DNA from: a virus
Lineage: Duplodnaviria; Caudoviricetes
Strand: one strand, 5' to 3'
DNA length: 64,000 nt
Virus record (IMG/VR): IMGVR_UViG_3300050343_000159
The notes below the pieces were generated by a model. The model did no database searches. It was not told the DNA's origin and worked only from the letters and a program-made list of their open reading frames with translations. Position 1 is the stretch's first letter, and every line of letters begins with the position of its first letter. The position numbers and the translations under genes are program-made. Of this stretch, positions 1 to 8,764 are shown in pieces.

Positions 1-1
1 T

Positions 2-271
2 CTTGCTCTCTGTGATGAGTACAAGAACCGTTATGGTAAGGAACACACTTGTCTGCAACCACTACAAGAAGCTCGTATCATACTCCCCACTGGAGACCCT
101 ACAGGACGGTCTGGCAAAGATACCACACCGTTCGTTAGAGCTATGCCTGATGAGTTCAAACTAGATACTAGTATCTCAACCTTTGATGCATACAAGATGT
201 ACATTGGTTCTAAACCGTGGGTATCTGACAACTACCTTCGTATTCCTGATCGTAAACCTGAATGGGTATGA
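2..271 (+). CDS. Partial ORF (5' truncated), conserved T4-like phage protein, possibly pyrimidine-dimer glycosylase-like family
   Basis: Open frame from window start: LALCDEYKNRYGKEH...PFVRAMPDEFK...YLRIPDRKPEWV*; TGA overlaps purC ATG. Confidence 0.4.
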   Translation, partial: LALCDEYKNRYGKEHTCLQPLQEARIILPTGDPTGRSGKDTTPFVRAMPDEFKLDTSISTFDAYKMYIGSKPWVSDNYLRIPDRKPEWV

Positions 272-960
272 ATGAAATCTTAAAAGGAAAAGTAAAAACA
301 CTTTTCGAAACAGACAATCCTGAAGAAGTGATTATTCGTTATGAGGATTGTGTAACTGCTGGAAACGGACAGATGATTGAATACCCAAAAGGAAAGGGTA
401 CAGTCTGTTGTTTGATGACAGCAATGTTGTTTGAGTATCTTGAAAGTAACTCAATCAGAACACACTTTATTGATTGTCCTTCATTGGATACTATGAGGTG
501 TAAGAAACTAAAGATCGCTCCTGTGGAAGTTATCTGTAGGAACATCGCAGCTGGTTCTATTGTAAAAACTACAAATATCACTGAGGGTTTCCTTATTCAA
601 CCTCCCATCATTGAGTTCTTTCTCAAGGATGATAGTAAGAATGATCCCTTACTCACACCAGATCGTGTGAAGTTGATGGGTATTGATACAGAACCACTGA
701 TTGAAAAGGCTCGCAATGTTAACGATCTGCTACAACCACTCTTCTTATTGTGTGGTATTGACCTAGTTGACTTTAAACTGGAGTTTGGGTATGACGCCCA
801 TGGTGATCTCTTCTTGGCTGATGAATTGTCACCAGATAACATGAGGTTATGGAGTAAAGACAGAACAGAACGGTTCGATAAGGACTTGTTCCGTAAGGGA
901 GAAGGTGATATAGTAGAAGCCTACAAGATTATTTTGACAAAACTGAGGCAGTTTGTATGA
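262..960 (+). CDS. purC: SAICAR synthetase (start probably ATG 268)
   Basis: GKVKTLFET, VEVICRNIAAGS, PIIEFFLKDD, LVDFKLEFG, LADELSPDNMRLW, DKDLFR motifs. Confidence 0.93.
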   Translation: MGMNEILKGKVKTLFETDNPEEVIIRYEDCVTAGNGQMIEYPKGKGTVCCLMTAMLFEYLESNSIRTHFIDCPSLDTMRCKKLKIAPVEVICRNIAAGSIVKTTNITEGFLIQPPIIEFFLKDDSKNDPLLTPDRVKLMGIDTEPLIEKARNVNDLLQPLFLLCGIDLVDFKLEFGYDAHGDLFLADELSPDNMRLWSKDRTERFDKDLFRKGEGDIVEAYKIILTKLRQFV

Positions 961-1904
961 GTCGTAATGAATTCGTTTGGGTGGAGAAGTATCGCCCCCA
1001 GACTATTGATGATTGTATTCTTCCTGATAACATCAAGAAGACCTTTATTGATTTCCTAGATAAAGGTGAGGTTCCAAATCTTTTGTTATCGGGACCACCT
1101 GGATGTGGTAAAACCACTGTAGCTAAAGCACTTTGTAACCAATTAGGAGTAGATGTTTATGTCATTAACGGATCCGATGAGGGGAGATTCCTCGATACTG
1201 TCAGAAACAATGCGAAGAATTTCGCTTCGACCGTATCGCTTTCGTCAACTGCTAAACACAAAGTCATCATCATTGACGAAGCAGATAACACAACCCCGGA
1301 TGTACAACTTGCCTTACGGGCGTTTACTGAGGAGTTTATTGGCAACTGTCGATTCATCTTCACCTGCAACTACAAAAACAAAATCGTTGCTCCCCTCCAC
1401 TCCCGATGTGCAGTCATCGACTTTGCCATTAAGGGAAAAGAAAGACAGGAACTTGCAGGAAAGTTTTTCAAAAGACTCCAACAAATCCTGGATCAAGAAT
1501 CTGTTGGATATGACGCAAAAGTCCTTGCAGAACTTATCAACAAACATTTCCCAGACTGGAGAAGAGTACTCAACGAAGTTCAAAGGTATTCGGTCGGGGG
1601 CAAAATCGACTCAGGAATCCTCGCAAGTTTTTCGGATGTAAAGACTAATGATCTCTTTAAAAAACTTAAGTCCAAAGACTTCTCGGCAGTTAGGAAGTGG
1701 GTTGTTGATAATCTTGATAACGATCCCACTGTATTGCTACGTTCTATATACGATGCAATCTACGCCCATCTTGATGGTCCTGGTATCGCTGCCGCTGTAC
1801 TTATTATTGCGAAGTATCAGTACCAAAGTGGCTTCGTTGCTGACCAAGAAATAAATATGTTGGCTTGTCTAACTGAAATCATGGTGGAGGCTGAATTCAA
1901 ATGA
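957..1904 (+). CDS. gp44: Clamp loader large subunit (T4 gp44)
   Basis: WVEKYRP, Walker A GPPGCGKT, IIDEAD, SRC motif. Confidence 0.95.
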   Translation: MSRNEFVWVEKYRPQTIDDCILPDNIKKTFIDFLDKGEVPNLLLSGPPGCGKTTVAKALCNQLGVDVYVINGSDEGRFLDTVRNNAKNFASTVSLSSTAKHKVIIIDEADNTTPDVQLALRAFTEEFIGNCRFIFTCNYKNKIVAPLHSRCAVIDFAIKGKERQELAGKFFKRLQQILDQESVGYDAKVLAELINKHFPDWRRVLNEVQRYSVGGKIDSGILASFSDVKTNDLFKKLKSKDFSAVRKWVVDNLDNDPTVLLRSIYDAIYAHLDGPGIAAAVLIIAKYQYQSGFVADQEINMLACLTEIMVEAEFK

Positions 1905-2182
1905 AAAAACTATTAATAGCTTTGGGTGGAGTTCTCTTACTCTCCTCACCTGTAATGGCTCACAGTAAGGGATATCGTCATCATAGTCGTGGTAGTCACA
2001 CTCACTGCCATAACCACCACAAACGTGGATACAGTCACTGTCACTGGCACTCCCATAGACCTGGAAATGGTCACCATGGAAAGGAATATATGCATGGTAG
2101 AAAACATCATATCCATCATGATCATCGTGGTTATCATGATCACTATGATCATGATTTTGATTTTCAAATTATTATTCGTTGA
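1901..2182 (+). CDS. Histidine-rich small protein with signal peptide
   Basis: MKKLLIALGGVLLLSSPVMA signal peptide, then very His-dense mature part; ATGA overlap with gp44. Confidence 0.7.
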   Translation: MKKLLIALGGVLLLSSPVMAHSKGYRHHSRGSHTHCHNHHKRGYSHCHWHSHRPGNGHHGKEYMHGRKHHIHHDHRGYHDHYDHDFDFQIIIR

Positions 2183-2185
2183 TTT

Positions 2186-2569
2186 ATGGAACTTAAAGAT
2201 TGGTTGAATTCTCTTAACTTTACCAAAGAGAATCTTATTAGTGATGAACCCCATCTTGCAAAAGAGTATCCACCCTACATTATCAATCGTTGTATGTCTG
2301 GACACATGGATTCAGTCATGTATGCCCAAGAGATGAACAAGTATCACTTCCTTGATAAAGATTTGCAATATAATTTTTATCTAAATACTCTGAGAAAGAG
2401 GAAGAGATTCTCTCCTTGGATTCGGAAGGATAAAGTATCAGATCTTGATTATGTAAAACGTTACTATGGTTATAGTAATGAGAAAGCATCTCAGGTTATG
2501 AAGATTTTGACTCCTGATCAAATTACATACATTAAACAACGACTTGAAACTGGTGGGAGTAAAAAATGA
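2186..2569 (+). CDS. gp62: Clamp loader small subunit (T4 gp62)
   Basis: LKDWLNSLN, YPPYIINRCMS, LRKRKRFSPW; position between gp44 and regA. Confidence 0.9.
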   Translation: MELKDWLNSLNFTKENLISDEPHLAKEYPPYIINRCMSGHMDSVMYAQEMNKYHFLDKDLQYNFYLNTLRKRKRFSPWIRKDKVSDLDYVKRYYGYSNEKASQVMKILTPDQITYIKQRLETGGSKK

Positions 2570-3009
2570 GTCAAACTACTGAACCTCAGGTTCAATGGTC
2601 TCAAGATAAAATGATTGAGGTCAGATTGAATGAACCTGATGATTTCCTGAAAGTCCGTGAAACTTTAACTCGTATTGGTGTGGCTTCTCGTAAAGAGAAA
2701 AAACTATATCAGTCTTGTCATATCCTTCATAAGCAAGGTAAGTATTATATCGTTCACTTCAAAGAACTATTTGCTCTTGACGGTAAGTATGCAAACCTTA
2801 CTATCAATGATGTACAACGTAGAAACCGTATCACCAAACTCCTCTCTGATTGGGGTTTGATTGATGTATGTACAGAGGATGAGATTATCGATATCGCACC
2901 ACTGAACCAGATTAAGGTTCTTCCGTATAAGGAAAAGAGTGAGTGGATCTTGGAACAGAAGTACAATATCGGATCGAAAAAGAACCAGGGTAGTGAAACC
3001 CCACAATAA
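2566..3009 (+). CDS. regA: Translational repressor RegA
   Basis: PDDFLKVRETLTRIGVAS, LYQSCHILHKQGKYYIVHFKELF. Confidence 0.95.
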   Translation: MSQTTEPQVQWSQDKMIEVRLNEPDDFLKVRETLTRIGVASRKEKKLYQSCHILHKQGKYYIVHFKELFALDGKYANLTINDVQRRNRITKLLSDWGLIDVCTEDEIIDIAPLNQIKVLPYKEKSEWILEQKYNIGSKKNQGSETPQ

Positions 3010-3061
3010 ATAAGACTGAGACTCTTTTCGTGCGGTCTCTACGAAAGTCGGAAACCCGAAA

Positions 3062-3102
3062 CCCCAGAGGTGCTTGACACTTCTGGGGTTTTTCCTTATA
3101 AT
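3062..3102 (+). promoter_or_regulatory. Intrinsic terminator hairpin overlapping a consensus sigma70 early promoter
   Basis: 11-bp stem 3062-3072/3078-3088 plus T-run; TTGACA 3074-3079, 17 nt, TATAAT 3097-3102. Confidence 0.85.
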
Positions 3103-3123
3103 GGGTTTCTATAGAATAAACCA

Positions 3124-3729
3124 ATGGAAGTCCAAGCACACGGCAACGTTTATGAAGATTGCGTTATTCGTGAAAGAACTGACATGTCTAAGGATCAGTA
3201 TGATGCACTGAAACCCAATGGATATACTTCTGAGTTTGATTTATCTAAGGGTCTTGTAGTTGACTACAACGGCAGTATCAAAACTACTAAGAACAATACT
3301 ATTTGTTGTTCAGATGTTGTCCGTAAGATGACACATAATAACTATCGTCTTATTGTTGGTCAGTATACTCAGGTAGGTAAAGAGAAAGTATTTCATACTG
3401 AGTATGAGTTCTTTATTACTCCAGACGATGATAAGGCACTCTGGGGTCAGATGGACATTCAAGAAGTACGTGAGTTTGTTGACTATGTAAAGAGCATTCC
3501 TTCTGGTAAGGAAGCACAATTAAGCACTAAGTCTCAACGTCAAACACTTCAAAAACAAGCACAAGACAAAAGTGCATTGTTCAAACTCAATCCAAAGGTT
3601 GATAGTAAGAAACAACGTCGTGTTCAATGTTCACTTCACATTAACAAACTGATTGCTGCTGGTGTAAAATATACAAAGAAAGATATCAATTACACTGTAG
3701 TTTCTGCACCCCGTAAGTTTAATAAATGA
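3124..3729 (+). CDS. Putative PD-(D/E)XK-type restriction endonuclease-like protein
   Basis: HGNVYED helix, FD...SIKT motif, basic C-terminal NPKVDSKKQRRVQCS; overlaps a DNA methyltransferase gene. Confidence 0.45.
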   Translation: MEVQAHGNVYEDCVIRERTDMSKDQYDALKPNGYTSEFDLSKGLVVDYNGSIKTTKNNTICCSDVVRKMTHNNYRLIVGQYTQVGKEKVFHTEYEFFITPDDDKALWGQMDIQEVREFVDYVKSIPSGKEAQLSTKSQRQTLQKQAQDKSALFKLNPKVDSKKQRRVQCSLHINKLIAAGVKYTKKDINYTVVSAPRKFNK

Positions 3730-4235
3730 GAGCATTCTGTCCACCTAAAAATACTCCCGACAAGGATATTGTCATGACGCCAGAATATCTGGCAGTCGAG
3801 ATTATCAATCATTTTGCACCAACTGGTGTCATTCTTGATCCTAGTCACGGGGGACAGGTGCTTTCTATGATAACTTTAACACTGATAATAAACGAGTGGT
3901 GTGAACTTGCAGAGGATAAAGACTTTCTAACTTACAATAATAAAGTAGATTGGATTATCACCAACCCACCATGGAGTTTGATGCAAAAATTCCTTGCACA
4001 TGGTATGGAGATTGCTGATAATATTGTGTATCTCACAACTATCAATCACTACACTACAAAACGTAGGATTCGTGATATGTGTAAATCAGGTTTTGCATTA
4101 AAAGAGATATACAATGTTCCTACACCTACGAAACCTTGGCCTCAATTAGGGTTCCAACTTGCTGCTGTTCATACTCAACGTGGATGGGATGGTGATATTA
4201 AGTTTAGTTATTCTACCAACAGTATGATGTATTGA
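3726..4235 (+). CDS. Amino-group (m6A/m4C) DNA methyltransferase
   Basis: Motif IV IITNPPW; motif I recovered as ILDPS..RGTGAFYDNF in a shifted frame at ~3840-3890 (two compensating indels). Confidence 0.8.
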   Translation: MRAFCPPKNTPDKDIVMTPEYLAVEIINHFAPTGVILDPSHGGQVLSMITLTLIINEWCELAEDKDFLTYNNKVDWIITNPPWSLMQKFLAHGMEIADNIVYLTTINHYTTKRRIRDMCKSGFALKEIYNVPTPTKPWPQLGFQLAAVHTQRGWDGDIKFSYSTNSMMY

Positions 4236-4323
4236 ATAAATGTAGTATAATTATTGAGTTACTAAATAACACTGAGATTTGATAAGTCAGATCTTATAAC
4301 CCTATAATTTTGGAGATTCCAAG

Positions 4324-5499
4324 ATGGCAAAAAAATTAAAGTGGGGAGCTTTCTCCACGGATGAATTGTCTCTAGACAGAGATGATGATATTTTCATTGA
4401 TTTTCCTTTCCTTGAATATGTTGGAATGGAAATGAATAACGTGAACGAATTTAGTGTTGGTGATAACACAGTTCGTGGAACTAAAGATACAGTATCTCAA
4501 AAGATTGTAGGACTGTCTGGATCACTTCCTGGTGGATGGGAACGTACATCTTGGCCAATCCCCTTTCTTCCTGATAAAAAAACAACTAATGTTAAGAATA
4601 AAATAGCATTTGATCGTCGTCACACTCTTAAGGTTTGTCGATTACTTCCTGGAATTAAGCAAGTTCCCTCAGCAGAATATAAGAGAGTTTTTCCATCTTT
4701 TGGTGGAGTTATCAATTCTTTTAGTGACCATTCAATTCTCACCATGGGTGCAATGTGGGGAAATGTGCATGGTCCTACCAAAGATGATACAAGGGATCAT
4801 ATGTTTGAGATTGCTTGTGCAAGTATTCTAAAAGATGAAAATAATTTACATGAAGAAGATCTTCTCACTAGAGATTTTGTGAAAAGAATTCTTACTTACA
4901 TGAGTTGTTATGATCGGTATAACAACAATAATACTGTTGTAGAGAGAATTGTAACTAAGATATTGGATTCTTTGAGAGATCCTGAAACAGTTTCTGGAAG
5001 ATTGTCACAAAATATCAATCAAGAAGACCTTGATAATTTTATTAATGAGTCTGATGATTGGCAACCACATAATACAGAGAACGACAAATATAAGTTTGTA
5101 GTGGTTCCCCTCCAAGATAATCCCAGTTTTTGCTTCACTTATGCCGAAAGGATTCTTACAACCGTGTGTAAGAATGAGGCAGAGGCAACACAGGTAACTG
5201 TTGAAGGAACTTTACCACCAAAAATTACAAGAGTATTACTCTGGAACGGAACTAATCCTTCTCCTCAAAAAATTGTTGCATCACGTCAAAAGTTCAAAAA
5301 ACAACTTAACATTTCCTGGCAAACAAGAAGAGATAATGTTCTTAAAACTATTGAGAATATTTTGAATCCCACTATTATTGATAATTATCGGAAAAAACTT
5401 TCTGATTTGAATATGGAAATTTGGTGTATGAATCAAATTGATGATGAGAATGAACCATTTGAAATGTGTTTTGAAGATGAGGTGTGTGAACCCGAATAA
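4324..5499 (+). CDS. Hypothetical protein, possible ParB/Srx-like N-terminal domain
   Basis: 391-aa ORF; NTVRG, GWERTSWPI and FDRRHT resemble ParB-N motifs; TAAATA late-promoter box upstream near 4262. Confidence 0.35.
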   Translation: MAKKLKWGAFSTDELSLDRDDDIFIDFPFLEYVGMEMNNVNEFSVGDNTVRGTKDTVSQKIVGLSGSLPGGWERTSWPIPFLPDKKTTNVKNKIAFDRRHTLKVCRLLPGIKQVPSAEYKRVFPSFGGVINSFSDHSILTMGAMWGNVHGPTKDDTRDHMFEIACASILKDENNLHEEDLLTRDFVKRILTYMSCYDRYNNNNTVVERIVTKILDSLRDPETVSGRLSQNINQEDLDNFINESDDWQPHNTENDKYKFVVVPLQDNPSFCFTYAERILTTVCKNEAEATQVTVEGTLPPKITRVLLWNGTNPSPQKIVASRQKFKKQLNISWQTRRDNVLKTIENILNPTIIDNYRKKLSDLNMEIWCMNQIDDENEPFEMCFEDEVCEPE

Positions 5500-5535
5500 A
5501 AAGTAGGGGTTACTACACCCCGTTTTTTATACATC

Positions 5536-5604
5536 TGTTATAATTAGTATGTGGTCGTCGAAAGAGGCCACACATTTCAAACTCGCTTACTAAAGGAGTA
5601 ACAC
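5536..5604 (+). promoter_or_regulatory. Extended -10 promoter and structured hsp20 leader with ROSE-like SD-occluding hairpin
   Basis: TGtTATAAT 5536-5544; hairpin 5550-5572 with GAAA loop; UCGCU (5583-5587) pairs with AGGAG SD leaving G5585 bulged. Confidence 0.6.
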
Positions 5605-6048
5605 ATGACTACACTAGCACGCTACAACTCTGCAAACATCAACCAACTGATGGAACGTTTGCAACGAAACACGATCGGTATGGATGATTATTTTGATCGT
5701 GTATTCAGCTACGAAGCACAAAGCTATCCCCCATATAACCTCGTTCAGGTTTCTGAGGATGAGTCCCGTCTAGAACTGGCTCTAGCAGGTTTCAGTCAGG
5801 ATGAGGTAAAGGTCTACACTGAGAAGGGTTATCTGGTTATTGAGGGACAGAAGGAGAGCTCAGACGGACGGGAGTATATCCACCGTGGTCTGGCATCACG
5901 TTCCTTCACTCGTTCCTGGTCTATCTCAGAAGACACTGAAGTCTCTGATGTAAACTTTGAGAATGGTCTTCTGGTAGTAACACTGGCGCGAGTTATTCCT
6001 GAGAACCGCCGCCGTCGTTATCTTATGGGAGGTGCCGACACTAAATAA
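5605..6048 (+). CDS. Small heat-shock protein Hsp20
   Basis: SYPPYNLV, LELALAGF, YIHRGLASRSFTRSW, FENGLLVV. Confidence 0.95.
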   Translation: MTTLARYNSANINQLMERLQRNTIGMDDYFDRVFSYEAQSYPPYNLVQVSEDESRLELALAGFSQDEVKVYTEKGYLVIEGQKESSDGREYIHRGLASRSFTRSWSISEDTEVSDVNFENGLLVVTLARVIPENRRRRYLMGGADTK

Positions 6049-6139
6049 TCTATATCGTCGCCGCGGGAGGCACCTGGTCAGTAATCAGGTTGCCCTCCCC
6101 CTTTTTTTGCACTATAATAATAGGAGATACTGTCTGAAT

Positions 6140-6286
6140 ATGGCAACCCGTACATACAAGAAAATCGATAGTAAAGGTCGTGAAGAAACTTGGGAGTGGG
6201 AAGAAACTCCTGAAGTTGTGGCAGCAGTCAAACAACTTCATGCCACTATCGCACAAAACAAACTGAGACTCGAAGAACTAAAATGA
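6140..6286 (+). CDS. Small hypothetical protein
   Basis: ATG 6140 after AGGAG; overlaps next ATG. Confidence 0.6.
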   Translation: MATRTYKKIDSKGREETWEWEETPEVVAAVKQLHATIAQNKLRLEELK

Positions 6287-6645
6287 CTGTAAAAGTAGTA
6301 TTACTCAAATCAGGTGAAGACATCATCGCTGATGTTGAGGAGATGATCGTAGGCGAACCCGCAAAGGTAGTTGGATATTTCTTTAACTATCCTTGTTCTG
6401 TAAAACTTCTAGGCAATGAACCTGTGAAGGATAGAAAGAGTTCTCCCTTCAAGCTTCGTATCACACCATGGGCACCACTTTCTAAGGATCAAAAGATTCC
6501 TGTGGTAGCAGATTGGATTGTCAGTATTATGGAACCCATCGATGATCTTCTAGATATGTACACAACAAGTATTAAAGACTATGAACAAAGACAATCTAAA
6601 ACTACTAGTTCTACCGACGAATCAGATTCTACTGACTCAGATTGA
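6283..6645 (+). CDS. Conserved T4-like hypothetical protein (Sm-like fold suspected)
   Basis: KVVLLKSGEDIIADV...PWAP pattern; operon overlap. Confidence 0.6.
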   Translation: MTVKVVLLKSGEDIIADVEEMIVGEPAKVVGYFFNYPCSVKLLGNEPVKDRKSSPFKLRITPWAPLSKDQKIPVVADWIVSIMEPIDDLLDMYTTSIKDYEQRQSKTTSSTDESDSTDSD

Positions 6646-6844
6646 AGAAGCTGGTGGTGATATCGGTGAACCTGATTGTAGGTTGGTTGAACCTTTTGTA
6701 GTGAATGGTGATGGAACTCTGGCTCCATGGTTAGTTTCTCTTACCAATCAGAACTCATTCATGATTCATTCTGATAAGATCTTGACTATCGTGGAACCTA
6801 ATGGTACACTAGTAGATAAGTACAGCGACCTGGTGAAGGAATGA
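6581..6844 (+). CDS. Conserved T4-like hypothetical protein, paralog-like to the previous ORF
   Basis: LAPWL...FMIHSDKILTIVEP; overlaps gp43A start. Confidence 0.6.
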   Translation: MNKDNLKLLVLPTNQILLTQIEEAGGDIGEPDCRLVEPFVVNGDGTLAPWLVSLTNQNSFMIHSDKILTIVEPNGTLVDKYSDLVKE

Positions 6845-8301
6845 ACTTTTACGCCAATGTGATTATGGTTGGAAATGATTTCCTCGTTCGTGGTTATGAA
6901 AATGGCAAAAGAGTTCAATACAGAGAAAAGTTCCAACCCACCTTGTTTGTCAAATCAAACAGGGAGAGTGAGTGGAAGACATTGGAAGGTGAGAATGTAG
7001 AGCCCATTCAACCTGGGTATGTTCGTGATTGTCGTGAGTTCTACAAGAAGTATGATGGTGTAGATGGTTTCAAGATCTATGGAAATGATCGATACATCTA
7101 CCAATACATGTCTGAGAAGTTTCCACAAGATGAAATCAAGTGGGACATGTCTAAGATTAAACTTGTTACTATTGATATTGAGGTGAAGTCAGAAGATGGA
7201 TTCCCCTCACCAGACTCTTGTTCGGAGGAGATGCTAACCATCTCTATTCAGGATTACAACACCAAGCAGATTCTTACTTGGGGACGTAAACCTTACACTC
7301 CATCACAAAAGAATGTCACATATTTCCATCATGAAGAAGAAGTGGATATGCTGAGAGCATTCATCAACTGGTGGAATGAAGATCCCCCAGAGGTTATTAC
7401 TGGATGGAACTGTAGGTTGTATGATATTCCATATCTTTGTGGTCGTGTGGATAGGATAATGGGAACCAAAGAGATGAAGAGATTGTCTCCTTGGAATATC
7501 ATTCAACACGATGAGGTATACATCAATGGTAGACCACACAATGTATACAATATTGCAGGTGTAACTACACTTGACTTTATGGATCTCTATAAGAAGTTCA
7601 CCTATGTGAACCGAGAGAGTTATCGATTAGACTTTATTGCAGAAACAGAATTGGGACAGAAGAAGTTGGACCACTCAGAGTTCAACACTTTCAAAGAGTT
7701 CTATGATGGAGACTGGAAGAAGTTTGTAGATTATAACATCGTTGACGTGGAGCTGGTTGATAGGATGGAGGATAAACTTCGTCTGATTGAACTGGTGATT
7801 ACTATGGCATTTGATGCTAAAGTGAACTTTGTTGATCCTATGTTCCAGGTTAGATTGTGGGATACAATCATCTATAACTATCTAAAGAAAAGGAATATTG
7901 TAGTTCCTCAAATGGATAGAACAGACAAGGATTCAAAGTTCGCAGGTGCATATGTTAAAGAACCGGTACCGGGAGTCTATGATTGGGTTGTCAGTTTTGA
8001 CCTTAACTCTCTCTATCCTCATCTTATCATGCAGTATAACATCTCCCCAGAAACTCTCTTGGACGAAAAACATCCAACGGCCACAGTTGATCGAATTCTT
8101 GATGAGACGGTGAACTTTGAAATGTATAAAGACAATGCAGTTTGTGCCAATGGTGCAATGTATCGTAAGGATGTAAAAGGTTTCCTACCTGAGTTGATGG
8201 AGAAGATGTATGCTGAACGTAAGGCATTCAAGGGTAAGATGTTGAAGAGTAAACAGAAACTCGTTGACATTGAAGCTGAAATGAAGAAGAGAGGTTTGTG
8301 A
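6841..8301 (+). CDS. gp43A: DNA polymerase gp43, N-terminal part (exonuclease, palm motif A, first fingers helix)
   Basis: ExoI TIDIEV, ExoII TGWNCRLYD, ExoIII YNIVD, region II SFDLNSLYPHLI; ends ...KKRGL* inside the fingers. Confidence 0.95.
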   Translation: MNFYANVIMVGNDFLVRGYENGKRVQYREKFQPTLFVKSNRESEWKTLEGENVEPIQPGYVRDCREFYKKYDGVDGFKIYGNDRYIYQYMSEKFPQDEIKWDMSKIKLVTIDIEVKSEDGFPSPDSCSEEMLTISIQDYNTKQILTWGRKPYTPSQKNVTYFHHEEEVDMLRAFINWWNEDPPEVITGWNCRLYDIPYLCGRVDRIMGTKEMKRLSPWNIIQHDEVYINGRPHNVYNIAGVTTLDFMDLYKKFTYVNRESYRLDFIAETELGQKKLDHSEFNTFKEFYDGDWKKFVDYNIVDVELVDRMEDKLRLIELVITMAFDAKVNFVDPMFQVRLWDTIIYNYLKKRNIVVPQMDRTDKDSKFAGAYVKEPVPGVYDWVVSFDLNSLYPHLIMQYNISPETLLDEKHPTATVDRILDETVNFEMYKDNAVCANGAMYRKDVKGFLPELMEKMYAERKAFKGKMLKSKQKLVDIEAEMKKRGL

Positions 8302-8564
8302 TGGAATTACCAGAGATCATCAGAAAGAATTCATTTGCTTGTTTTGGTAGTTTAAATGCTTCTGAGAGATCAGTCATCTTAATGGGTGATGATGAGTATC
8401 GTAAATCACTAGACCTTGAGAATGATGATGCTCCCTGTTGGAAGATTCCAAGTAAGGAATCAACAACATTTGTTGGATGGAATCCCCAATGTATTCCAAC
8501 AATTGATTACATAGTATGGAAACTAGAACGCCTTGAAAAAATTACTACAGGAGAAATTCACTAA
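8298..8564 (+). CDS. Hypothetical protein inside the split polymerase locus
   Basis: 88-aa ORF with 4-nt overlap on the gp43A stop. Confidence 0.65.
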   Translation: MMELPEIIRKNSFACFGSLNASERSVILMGDDEYRKSLDLENDDAPCWKIPSKESTTFVGWNPQCIPTIDYIVWKLERLEKITTGEIH

Positions 8565-8764
8565 TGGCATTATCTAATTCAGTTGAAGAGTCACTTAAAG
8601 AAGCATCTGGACATTTACGCAACGCATTATCATTTGCTGCTAGACAAGAAAGACCTGTTGTTTGTGTACAAATTTCTAAGTTGATTAGTGATATTGAAAA
8701 CATCGGTTCTTTTGATAATATTCTTGATACACTCGACAACACAATTGCGGAGATGGAAGACTAA
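8564..8764 (+). CDS. Hypothetical helical protein inside the split polymerase locus
   Basis: 66-aa ORF with TAATG overlaps at both ends. Confidence 0.65.
   Translation: MALSNSVEESLKEASGHLRNALSFAARQERPVVCVQISKLISDIENIGSFDNILDTLDNTIAEMED

Noticed and set aside
1946-2305. Met/Ile/Thr-rich ORFs (1946-2305 minus, 1989-2207 plus) and other long antisense ORFs over core genes
   Set aside because: These are shadow frames of the His-rich gene and of other coding regions; they have no RBS or promoter support and no recognisable motifs
3014-3050. Hammerhead ribozyme (CUGA...GAAA) after regA
   Set aside because: The core reads CUGAGAC, not CUGANGA, and the required stem II closing pair and stems I/III cannot be formed
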